Assembly (NCBI RefSeq): GCF_007748075.1
Contig: NZ_CP036280.1
Coordinates: 1,950,001 to 1,982,000 of the forward strand
From: Mucisphaera calidilacus
Lineage (GTDB): Bacteria > Planctomycetota > Phycisphaerae > Phycisphaerales > Phycisphaeraceae
DNA: 32,000 bases
Direction of reading: 5' to 3'
A model generated the notes under the pieces. The model was not told the origin of the DNA, did no database searches, and worked only from the letters and a program-made list of their open reading frames with translations. This document shows positions 15,167 through 22,498 of the stretch, piece after piece; position 1 is the first letter of the stretch; every line of letters begins with the position of its first letter. The position numbers were made by a program, and so were the translations under genes.

Positions 15167-15397
15167 GGCGTCGACTCCAATTCATCGCCAGGGCATCGAA
15201 AGCAGGGGTACAGACGGTCGCCACCGCCTCGTGCGGTGGTGACAGCGAATCTCGCTGTGATTGACCCTTTCTTCCCGAGCCTCCGATGACCATGCCTCTC
15301 ACGCCCCGCGTGGTCAAGCGGTGCATCGTACCCGGGGTTTCTCCCAACGCCACCCGGGGAGCGTTAAATATGGTTGAGCCTCGCGTGACCGTGGCGT

Positions 15398-16228
15398 TCA
15401 GCCCATGAAGGCGGTCGGTCCGCCGTGGCCGAAGAGGATGACATAGATGTCCTTGAAGAACTTGGCGAGAAAGAAGTTAAGGACAATGATGGCGATGAAG
15501 GATGTGACGAAGGCGTCGGTGGCGGCGCGTCCGACGCCCTGGGCACCGGAACCACAGTGGAAGCCCTTGTAGCAGGCGATGAGACCGATGGCGAGGCCGA
15601 AGATGAGGGCCTTGCCGAGACCGGTGAAGACGTCCCAGTTGCCGATGAACCGGGCGGAGAAGTCCCAGTACTCGCGGCTGTCGACGCCGAGGGCGTTGAC
15701 GCAGACGAGGTGTCCGCCGTAGACGCCCATGAGGTTCGAGAAGACGGTGAGGATGGGGACCATGATCAGGCAGGCGATGACGCGCGGGACGACGAGGTAG
15801 TCGATGGGGTCGGCGCCCATGACGCGGATGGCGTCGATCTGTTCGGTGACTTTCATGGACCCGAGTTCGGCGGAGATGGCGCCGCCGACACGTCCCGCGA
15901 TCATGACAGCGGCGAGGACCGGGCCGATCTGCCGCAGGACGGAGATGCCGATGATGCCGCCGAGGCGGGATTCCTGCCCGATGGCCTCGAACTGGTCGAA
16001 GGCCTCGACGCCTAGGACGGCACCGACGAAGAGCCCCACGAGCATGACAACGGGGATTGATCGTGTTCCGATGGCGTAGAACTGGGGCATGAGGAGGTAG
16101 AGCCTGCTGCGACCGACCATCCATCGAACGGCCCAGTTGGCGGTGGTGAGGCAGAATCGTGTGAAGAGGCCGAAGCGGTCCAGGTTGAATTCAGCCGCAG
16201 CACCGAGGGATGCGACGGTTTTGATCAT
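15398..16228 (-). CDS. mlaE: MlaE-family ABC transporter permease (phospholipid/lipid maintenance type)
   Basis: MlaE-like sequence (QFYAIGTRSIPVVMLVGLFVGAVLGVE, MKVTEQIDAIRVMGADPIDYLVVPRVIA). The ORF-track start at 16315 lies inside tRNA-His, so I place the start at the ATG at 16228 (MIKTVASLG...). That gives 276 aa, in the usual MlaE size range. Confidence 0.8.
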   Translation of the reverse strand: MIKTVASLGAAAEFNLDRFGLFTRFCLTTANWAVRWMVGRSRLYLLMPQFYAIGTRSIPVVMLVGLFVGAVLGVEAFDQFEAIGQESRLGGIIGISVLRQIGPVLAAVMIAGRVGGAISAELGSMKVTEQIDAIRVMGADPIDYLVVPRVIACLIMVPILTVFSNLMGVYGGHLVCVNALGVDSREYWDFSARFIGNWDVFTGLGKALIFGLAIGLIACYKGFHCGSGAQGVGRAATDAFVTSFIAIIVLNFFLAKFFKDIYVILFGHGGPTAFMG

Positions 16229-16273
16229 CTGGAAGGCTCCGAGAGGGCCGGCGAGGATGAAGAGTGAGGAAAG

Positions 16274-16348
16274 GGTGAGCAACGGGATTCGAACCCGCGA
16301 CCTCCGCGACCACAACGCGGCGCTCTAGCCGACTGAGCTATGCTCACC
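16274..16348 (-). tRNA. tRNA-His (anticodon GTG) with encoded G-1; CCA not encoded
   Basis: Minus-strand read: GGTGAGCA-TA-GCTC-AGTCGGCTA-GAGC-G-CCGCG-TTGTGGT-CGCGG-AGGTC-GCGGG-TTCGAAT-CCCGT-TGCTCACC. It folds as a cloverleaf with U8, a TTCGAAT T-loop and GTG centred in the 7-nt anticodon loop. An 8-bp acceptor stem (G-1:C73) is the tRNA-His hallmark. The sequence after C73 is CTT, not CCA. Confidence 0.9.
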
Positions 16349-16383
16349 ATAGAGGGTGCCCGGCGGGCACCGTCGAGCCGCAT

Positions 16384-16413
16384 AGTCTACGACGCAGGGC
16401 GATACGGGGTCAA
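16384..16413 (-). promoter_or_regulatory. Candidate sigma70-type promoter for tRNA-His, possibly reading through into mlaE
   Basis: On the minus strand: TTGACC (16413-16408), an 18-nt spacer, then TAGACT (16389-16384), about 35 nt upstream of the tRNA 5' end. A 7-bp hairpin GGTGCCC-GGC-GGGCACC (16355-16371) lies in the leader. Confidence 0.35.
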
Positions 16414-16439
16414 TTCTCACACGACCTTTACACCAAACT

Positions 16440-16468
16440 AGGGGTAAACCCCTATAGGTAAATTTACC
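16440..16468. promoter_or_regulatory. Two adjacent palindromes in an AT-rich gap; candidate operator upstream of the metalloprotease gene
   Basis: AGGGGT-AA-ACCCCT (16440-16453) and the perfect 12-bp palindrome GGTAAATTTACC (16457-16468). Both contain GGTAAA. They lie about 100 nt upstream of the ATG at 16566. Confidence 0.3.
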
Positions 16469-16565
16469 CATATCGCCATAATGGTCATAGTGGGGTGGCC
16501 CTTTTGAGGGGCACGGTGGGGCTGTCGGTTCTTGAGTCGTTCACAACATTACTGAGGAGTGAGTC

Positions 16566-18545
16566 ATGTTACGCAGAAGCACAGGGATGCTTGGGGCGGT
16601 GATCATCGGCCTAGCCTGCCTGCCGGTTGGAGCGGCACCACTGGACGATATCGCAAAGGAGACGGTGACGGGTCGCCAGACCTCGCCGCCGAATTATGGC
16701 TGGAACTACGGGTATGACATCGAGTTTGAAGATGGCCAGCTCAACGTGAGCATGGACATCAAGCTGGAGTTTGATGAGGGGATCTCGGCGGAGAAACAGA
16801 ACGCGTTAAAGGACTCGTGGGAGTCGGGGATCGAGAGCCTCTGGAACAACAAGTTCGACGTGATCAAGGATGGTCTGTGGCGTTTTCCGATCAACATCGA
16901 GGTGAACTGGGTCGACCCGCACCACACGGTGCGTGTCCGTCAGGGGCCCGCGACGAGCACGTCGAACACGTGGGACACCGAGGACAACGGGAACGTGGCG
17001 GCGCACGAGTTCGGGCACCTGTTCGGGCTGTTCGATGAGTACGAGGGCGGAGCGCTGAATCCGGGCGGCCTGAAGGATGGCACGAGCATCATGGGCGTGA
17101 GTCCGACGGCGAGCGGGGCGCCGCCTAAGGCACGGCATTACCAGGGCTTCCTGGACTGGCTCAAGAGCAAGAGCCCGGAGCAGACGTTTACGACCGAGCC
17201 GCACGCAGCGGGGGGTGTGGAGATCATCGGGTCGTACAGCAACTTCGACGTGGTGAACAACTCGGGCCAGGGCGCGAATGACTTTGAGCTGGAGCTGGGC
17301 AACGTCGAGGCGGACGACATCACGGGGACCTTCCCGGGGTTTGGCGACACGGACCCTGAGATCACGGAGTCGGGCGGCAAGACCAAGATCCGGTGGGAGG
17401 GCGACGAGATCCCGGCGGATCAGCTGATGCACTTCGGCGTGACGCTCAAGGATGGCGTGCAGGCGGAGTCGGCCCGCGCGACGTGGACCAAGGACGGCAC
17501 GGAGATCGCGTTCAATGCCGGGCTTGGGATTGATCAGTACTACGCCGCCGCGGCGGGTCTGCCGGACGGCATGAGCAGCACGATCCGCAACACGGGCGAA
17601 CAGGAACTGCTGGTGAGTTTCCGCCACAGCGAGGTGCTGTTCGAGCCGCTCCCGCTGGACGCTCTGACGGTGGGTCTTGAGGTGCCGTGGCAGAACGGCG
17701 GGCTGTTCACGGACCCGATCCCGCTGCCGCCCGGCGGGTTCATCCCGGAGATCTTTGACCTTGGCCTGGGCGATCCGATCCCGGGTGCCGGTATCGGTCG
17801 GTCGGTGGTGACGCAGATCGAGGTGATCGATCCGTTCTCGGGGCAGTTGCTGGCCTTCTTCACGAATCAGGGGGTCGGCTCGACGGTCCCGCCGACGTTC
17901 GACCTGGTGCTGGGCGACTTCAATCTCGACAACATCTGGGACCAGAACGACACGGGGCTGGCGGAGCTGGCGTTGGAGGACCCGGTCTTCTATCTGCAGC
18001 AGTTCGGGCTTCAGTTTGAGGACCTGCTGCTGATCGGCGATTTCAATGGCGACGGCGTTTACGATCCCGCCGACCTTCCGTTCATCTTCGAGTTCCCGTT
18101 TGATGACACGCTGGGCTTGCCGACGGTCTGGGGCGACCTGGATTCGGACGGCGTGCTGGGGCCGGACGACCTGATCCTGCTGCAGGCGGCGATTGACCTG
18201 GGTCTGATCAACAGCCCGTGGGACTTTGACCTGGACGGAGTGGCGACGCCTCTGGACACGCAGTTCTGGATGGAGGTGATCTTCGGGTCGGTGCTGGGCG
18301 ACGCGAACCTCGACGGCTCGGTCGATCTGCTGGATCTGTCGATCCTCGCGAGCAACTTCGGCGGGCCTGGCATCTATCTGGACGGCGACTTCAATGGCGA
18401 CGGGGTCGTGGACCTGCTGGACCTGTCGATCCTCGCGAGCAACTTCGGGTTCAGCGGGGGCGGCAGCAGCGTGGTGCTGCCCGAGCCTGCCGTCTTCTCG
18501 ATGCTGGGTCTGGGGCTGCTGCTGACCGGACGGCGGGCGGCCTGA
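16566..18545 (+). CDS. Secreted small metzincin-like Zn metalloprotease with a long linker, two dockerin-like repeats and PEP-CTERM
   Basis: Signal peptide (LGAVIIGLACLPVGAAP). Zinc motif HEFGHLFGLFDE (HExxHxxGxxD, 17004-17039), followed by a possible Met-turn GTSIMGV. Dockerin-like repeats DANLDGSVDLLDLSILASNFGG and DFNGDGVVDLLDLSILASNFG. C-terminus LPEPAVFSMLGLGLLLTGRRAA. SD GAGGAG upstream. Confidence 0.85.
   Translation: MLRRSTGMLGAVIIGLACLPVGAAPLDDIAKETVTGRQTSPPNYGWNYGYDIEFEDGQLNVSMDIKLEFDEGISAEKQNALKDSWESGIESLWNNKFDVIKDGLWRFPINIEVNWVDPHHTVRVRQGPATSTSNTWDTEDNGNVAAHEFGHLFGLFDEYEGGALNPGGLKDGTSIMGVSPTASGAPPKARHYQGFLDWLKSKSPEQTFTTEPHAAGGVEIIGSYSNFDVVNNSGQGANDFELELGNVEADDITGTFPGFGDTDPEITESGGKTKIRWEGDEIPADQLMHFGVTLKDGVQAESARATWTKDGTEIAFNAGLGIDQYYAAAAGLPDGMSSTIRNTGEQELLVSFRHSEVLFEPLPLDALTVGLEVPWQNGGLFTDPIPLPPGGFIPEIFDLGLGDPIPGAGIGRSVVTQIEVIDPFSGQLLAFFTNQGVGSTVPPTFDLVLGDFNLDNIWDQNDTGLAELALEDPVFYLQQFGLQFEDLLLIGDFNGDGVYDPADLPFIFEFPFDDTLGLPTVWGDLDSDGVLGPDDLILLQAAIDLGLINSPWDFDLDGVATPLDTQFWMEVIFGSVLGDANLDGSVDLLDLSILASNFGGPGIYLDGDFNGDGVVDLLDLSILASNFGFSGGGSSVVLPEPAVFSMLGLGLLLTGRRAA
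18296..18448 (+). repeat. Direct repeat with 87-nt period encoding the two dockerin-like repeats
   Basis: The exact 26-mer ctgtcgatcctcgcgagcaacttcgg occurs at 18336-18361 and 18423-18448. The flanking ctgctgga[t/c] is also shared. Confidence 0.85.
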
Positions 18546-18583
18546 GGCCGGTATCCGGAGGGGAGGCTGTCTGATTCTCTCGT

Positions 18584-18622
18584 GCGCGTGTATCCTCGGA
18601 AGGGGACGCACGCGCTTTTTTT
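18584..18622 (+). terminator. Rho-independent terminator after the metalloprotease gene
   Basis: Stem GCGCGTG (18584-18590) pairs with CACGCGC (18609-18615), followed directly by TTTTTTT (18616-22). It starts 39 nt after the stop at 18545. Confidence 0.65.
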
Positions 18623-18640
18623 CATTCAGGAGAACGGATC

Positions 18641-19132
18641 GTGATCAAGTACCTTGTGATGCTGAGTCTGGTTTTGTGTGTGGCTGGTTGTGAGGCGATG
18701 GAGTCGATGGGCGTGATCGGTCCGAAGTCTGAGCACCCGGTGGAGAAGTTCGTCTTCGACACCGGCGGCGACAAGCACGCCGAGGGCTTCGGCGGCTGGC
18801 GCATCGAGTACACCCGTGGCGGGAAGATGTCGCTTACGCACACGATCGGCGAGGACGCGACGACCTACGGGCCGCTTTCGCTCAGCAGCGACGTGGCGTC
18901 CACGGTCTGGGAGGCGGTGGATCGGCTGCCGTTCGACCGGCTGAGTTCGGACCAGACCGAGGCGGTGCCGGGTGACCTGCCTTATTACTTCGGCTGGACG
19001 ATGAACGGCAAGGCCCGGTCGGCGTCGCTGCCCTCGAGTGCCGCTTTGAAGGAGCCGATGGTGCTGGCGATGAACGCTTTGCTGGGCGAGGTGATCGAGG
19101 CTCAGACGGGCGTCGAGCCCGTGCTGGAGTGA
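18641..19132 (+). CDS. Small lipoprotein of unknown function
   Basis: GTG start preceded by AGGAG at 8-nt spacing. The signal peptide has a lipobox (LSLVLCVAGC, i.e. VAG-C). I recognise no motif in the mature part. Confidence 0.65.
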   Translation: MIKYLVMLSLVLCVAGCEAMESMGVIGPKSEHPVEKFVFDTGGDKHAEGFGGWRIEYTRGGKMSLTHTIGEDATTYGPLSLSSDVASTVWEAVDRLPFDRLSSDQTEAVPGDLPYYFGWTMNGKARSASLPSSAALKEPMVLAMNALLGEVIEAQTGVEPVLE

Positions 19133-19218
19133 GCCGGATTCGTCATCGTTTGATACCTGCAGACGTGGGCGGTATTGTCGGGGGTTGTCTTGTGCCTTGC
19201 CCGAAAGGACTTCGAGTG

Positions 19219-19701
19219 ATGATGCACCGCTGGTTTGCCTCTCTGATCGCTGTTGCGACGGTCTGCGTGGGTCTGCTGGGTTGTGAAGGCCCGGCGCTGG
19301 TCTACACCGACGATGGCGTGCTGCTGCAGCCGCAGCGTGGTTCGGGGCTGGTCCCGAAGCTCGAGAGCAACTGGCTGATCCCAGACGTGCCGACGCCGAT
19401 CGGCTTCCAGCCGCTGACGTCTCAGTGCATGGCCACGACGGACGGCATGACGCGGACGGTGACGCACGTCTATCAGGGCCGGACGAACATCAGCGACGCG
19501 GTGAAGTTCTACCGCCAGAACCTGCGTGACCCGCGTCTGGGCTGGGTCTTCGAGGGCGTCGGGCGAACGGACGACGGCGTCCAGATCCTGGACTACACCA
19601 AGGGTGCTGAGGCCATGCAGATCCGGATTCTGACGGACGCTGGGCTGACGACGATCCAGGTGGACATCACCCCGCTTGACATGGCCCCGGCTGCTTCGTG
19701 A
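19219..19701 (+). CDS. Small lipoprotein of unknown function
   Basis: The ORF-track start at 19129 adds 30 non-signal residues. The internal ATG at 19219 gives MMHRWFASLIAVATVCVGLLGC, a classic lipoprotein signal (LLG-C), with AAGGA about 9 nt upstream. Confidence 0.6.
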   Translation: MMHRWFASLIAVATVCVGLLGCEGPALVYTDDGVLLQPQRGSGLVPKLESNWLIPDVPTPIGFQPLTSQCMATTDGMTRTVTHVYQGRTNISDAVKFYRQNLRDPRLGWVFEGVGRTDDGVQILDYTKGAEAMQIRILTDAGLTTIQVDITPLDMAPAAS

Positions 19702-19715
19702 GCCGGCTGTTTTTT
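19687..19715 (+). terminator. Rho-independent terminator overlapping the stop codon of the second lipoprotein gene
   Basis: Stem CCGGCT (19687-19692) pairs with AGCCGG (19701-19706) across an 8-nt loop, then CTG and TTTTTT (19710-19715). Confidence 0.6.
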
Positions 19716-19739
19716 CGCCCCCCTGCTGAGTAATGATTG

Positions 19740-20453
19740 ATGGCTAAACGCCCTGTCGAGCCCGAAGCTCCCGAGAGCCTGCACGAGGTCTGGCTGATCA
19801 ACCTGCAGGTGCTCTACACGAAGCACCAGAACAAGATCGCGGTGGCCCTGCTGCTGGCGGCGTTGTTCTTCATCGGGCGCTGGGCCTACACCGACTACCA
19901 GATCCGCCAGCTGGAGGACTCGTGGGGCCGGATGGCGACGGCGACCAGCCCGGTGAGTTTCCGGAACATCGCGGAGGACTACGCGGGCCAGACGGTGGCG
20001 AACCACGCCTCGCTGAGTGCCGCTGATCTGCTGCTGTCGGAAGCGACGCGTGTGCGCACGGCGGAGTCGGACGAGGTGGACGTCGAGAGCAACCTCCAGC
20101 AGGCCGAGGGGCTGTACCAGGAGGTCTTGAGCAGCAGCGAGCACGACCTGATCAAGGCGAACGCGTTGTTCGGTCTGGCGGCGATCGCCGAGTGCCGTCT
20201 GGCCTGGGATGACGCGCAGGGTCATTACGAGACGATCGAGCGCCTGGCCGCGGAGCGTTACCCGTTCCTGGCGTCGATGGCGGCGGAGCGTTCGGCGGTC
20301 ATCCCCGAGTTGCAGAAGGGCGTCGTGATCGAGGAGACGTCGATTCTCGACGAACTCGGTGTCGGTGGTGAAGAGGCCCCCGAGTCGGAGGCTGCCGAGG
20401 CTGCCAAGCCGGTTTCCGAAGAAGCGGAGACTGCCGAGCCCGTGGCCGAGTAA
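19740..20453 (+). CDS. Membrane-anchored TPR-like protein, YfgM-like architecture, with acidic C-terminal tail
   Basis: One N-terminal TM helix (IAVALLLAALFFIGRWAY), then a helical/TPR-like region (ALFGLAAIAECRLAWDDAQGHYETIERL) and a tail rich in E/A/P. The ORF track starts at TTG 19737; the adjacent ATG at 19740 is more likely. The YfgM similarity is by architecture only. Confidence 0.5.
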   Translation: MAKRPVEPEAPESLHEVWLINLQVLYTKHQNKIAVALLLAALFFIGRWAYTDYQIRQLEDSWGRMATATSPVSFRNIAEDYAGQTVANHASLSAADLLLSEATRVRTAESDEVDVESNLQQAEGLYQEVLSSSEHDLIKANALFGLAAIAECRLAWDDAQGHYETIERLAAERYPFLASMAAERSAVIPELQKGVVIEETSILDELGVGGEEAPESEAAEAAKPVSEEAETAEPVAE

Positions 20454-20465
20454 ACTCGGCGGTTC

Positions 20466-21722
20466 ATGAGCGATCCGGAACACGACGGACTGACCGACGG
20501 GGGCGAGGATGAGCTGGATATCGATGCGTGGGAAGCGTCGGGCGGTGATGTGCAGAGCTATCGGCTGTCGAAGAACGCGCGGTTCCGTCTGGACAAGTAT
20601 GTCCAGAACCGGGTGAAGGGGCTGAGCCGCAACCAGATCCAGAAGCTGATCACGCTCGAGGCGATCACGGTCAATCAGAAGAAGGCGAAGGCGAGCCTGA
20701 TGCTCAAGGAGGGGGACGTTGTGGATATCCGGCTGCCACCGAAGCCGGGATCCACGATTGAGCCGGAGGAAATCCCGCTCGACATCCTCTACGAGGACGA
20801 GGACATCATCGTCATCAACAAGCAGGCGGGGATCGTGGTGCACCCGGCGCGGAGTTACCTGAGCGGAACGATGCTCAATGCGTTGGCTCATCACTTCGTG
20901 GCGACGGGTCAGTCTTCGGGCGCGGAGCAGCCTGAGGTGCCTGCGGATGCGGATGACGAGTTGACGCTGGTGCCGGGCTTGTCGGCGGTCGGCGCGGACG
21001 ATGCGCGGCCCGGTGTGGTGCATCGTCTGGACAAGAACACGACGGGTGTGATCGTGTTCGCCAAGCGTGATTTCTCGCACTGGATGGTGGCCAAGCAGTT
21101 CGAGGACCGGACGAATCTCAAGGCGTATCTCGCGGTGGTGCACGGCTGCCCGGAACCGGAGGGCGGCGCGATCGACCAGCCGATCGGCAAGCACCCGACG
21201 ATCAAGGAGGCGTACGCCATCCGGCAGGAGCCCTACGGCAAGCCGAGCCTGACGCTCTACCGCGTGCGTGAGCGGTACAAGGGTTACAGCCTGGTGGAAC
21301 TGGAACTGAAGACGGGCAGGACGCACCAGATCCGTGTGCATTTGTCTTATCTGGGCCACCCGATTGTGGGGGACGTGCTCTATGGTGGCGAACCGGTTGG
21401 AAATACGGAAATCACGGAGCCGGTGATGCCGGCGGGATATCGGCCTTACGTGAACTTCGCACGCGACAAGGAGGAGGGGCGGCGGATCGAGTCGGCGGCG
21501 GCGGAACGCGAAGACCTGATCATCGGGCACCCGGCGCTGCACGCGACGCTGCTTCGTATCCGGCAGCCGATCAGCGACGAGGAGATGACCTTTACCGCGC
21601 CGGTGCACCATGCCATGCGTGTTCTGCTGGCGAAACTGCGAAACCATCTTGACGACGGCCCGGTTGTCATGCAGGGTTATCATGTTGACCTGACCAAGGC
21701 GACGCCTGCGCCGGACGGCTAA
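20466..21722 (+). CDS. rluD: RluA/RluD-family 23S rRNA pseudouridine synthase with S4 domain, extensions and insertions
   Basis: S4 domain (RLDKYVQNRVKGLSRNQIQKLI...VNQKKAKASLMLKEGDVVDI). Catalytic motif HRLDKNTTGVIVFAK. Also KAYLAVVHG and GRTHQIRVHLSYLGHPIVGDVLYG. At 418 aa it is longer than typical RluD proteins, which I recall as considerably shorter. It has an acidic N-extension and two internal insertions. Confidence 0.88.
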   Translation: MSDPEHDGLTDGGEDELDIDAWEASGGDVQSYRLSKNARFRLDKYVQNRVKGLSRNQIQKLITLEAITVNQKKAKASLMLKEGDVVDIRLPPKPGSTIEPEEIPLDILYEDEDIIVINKQAGIVVHPARSYLSGTMLNALAHHFVATGQSSGAEQPEVPADADDELTLVPGLSAVGADDARPGVVHRLDKNTTGVIVFAKRDFSHWMVAKQFEDRTNLKAYLAVVHGCPEPEGGAIDQPIGKHPTIKEAYAIRQEPYGKPSLTLYRVRERYKGYSLVELELKTGRTHQIRVHLSYLGHPIVGDVLYGGEPVGNTEITEPVMPAGYRPYVNFARDKEEGRRIESAAAEREDLIIGHPALHATLLRIRQPISDEEMTFTAPVHHAMRVLLAKLRNHLDDGPVVMQGYHVDLTKATPAPDG

Positions 21723-21758
21723 ATCGAGTCAGCGGTTGTTCTCACAGAGGGAGCGGAA

Positions 21759-22496
21759 GTGCGACCACGAGCCTGGCATTCCGGATTCACGCTGATCGAG
21801 CTGCTGGTGGTGATCTCGATCATCGCGATCCTGATCGGGATCCTGATGCCGTCGCTGTCGAGTGCACGCAACGCGGCGAAGACGGTGAGCTGCCTGAACA
21901 ATGAGAAGCAGCACATCATCGCGACGTCGGTGCACACGACGGACCACGACGGGTTTTTCCCCTGGACGAACTGGGACAACGGGCGTCAGAACGCATCGGC
22001 CAATATCCCGGCGGGGTGGTTGTATGACGTGGACCGTCGCGTAAACCCGGGCGGGGAGTACGTGCCCGAGGACCTGGAGACGGGCACGATGTTCCGGTAC
22101 ATCCGGACGAGTGACATGTGGCGCTGCCCGCTGGACGAGCCCGAGGAGGATGCGCCGGGGTCGCGGAAGATCACGAGCTACGTGATGAACGGGGCGATCA
22201 ACAGCTACACGCAGCGTCAGGACATTCCGCCGGTGCGAGTCAGTCACCTGCGTGGCAACGCGTTGATCTTCTGGGAACTGGACGAGGAAGCGCCGGCGGG
22301 TGCCTGGAACGACGGCTCGAACTCGCCGGATGAGGGCATCAGCCGTCGGCATCAGGGCTCGGGGACGGCGACGTTCGTGGACGGCTCGGTGCGCACGATC
22401 CCGTGGGATCAGTGGATCGAGGACCTGACGGTTGCGCCCGGTCCGCTCTGGTGTGACCCCCGTCTCGAGGACGGCGGCTACAGCCGTTTCTTCTAG
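21759..22496 (+). CDS. Prepilin-type N-terminal cleavage/methylation protein with H-X9-DG motif (DUF1559-like)
   Basis: [29 protein letters not shown] is the class III signal/methylation motif. The C-terminal [13 protein letters not shown] fits H-X9-DG. GTG start with GGAG 5 nt upstream. Confidence 0.85.
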   Translation: MRPRAWHSGFTLIELLVVISIIAILIGILMPSLSSARNAAKTVSCLNNEKQHIIATSVHTTDHDGFFPWTNWDNGRQNASANIPAGWLYDVDRRVNPGGEYVPEDLETGTMFRYIRTSDMWRCPLDEPEEDAPGSRKITSYVMNGAINSYTQRQDIPPVRVSHLRGNALIFWELDEEAPAGAWNDGSNSPDEGISRRHQGSGTATFVDGSVRTIPWDQWIEDLTVAPGPLWCDPRLEDGGYSRFF

Positions 22497-22498
22497 GG

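Noticed and set aside
16229-16315. N-terminal 29 codons of the ORF-track version of mlaE (start at 16315).
   Set aside because: This stretch runs through the tRNA-His gene (16274-16348). The internal ATG at 16228 gives the family-typical N-terminus and length.
15398-16565. tRNA-His as an integration hotspot or border of a genomic island.
   Set aside because: No integrase, recombinase, phage or IS genes are present, and I noticed no direct repeat of the tRNA 3' end nearby. The flanking genes share the same G+C-rich codon style as the rest of the window.
18296-18448. Short direct repeats that might suggest a CRISPR array or mini-satellite. The same applies to 3211-3370.
   Set aside because: There are only two copies each. 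They are in frame within coding sequence and encode dockerin-like Ca-binding repeats. There are no spacer-repeat periodicity, leader or cas genes.
19129-19218. Upstream start for the second lipoprotein (MSRIRHRLIPADVGG...).
   Set aside because: The extra 30 residues would bury the lipoprotein signal peptide internally. The ATG at 19219 has an AAGGA SD and yields a proper signal/lipobox.
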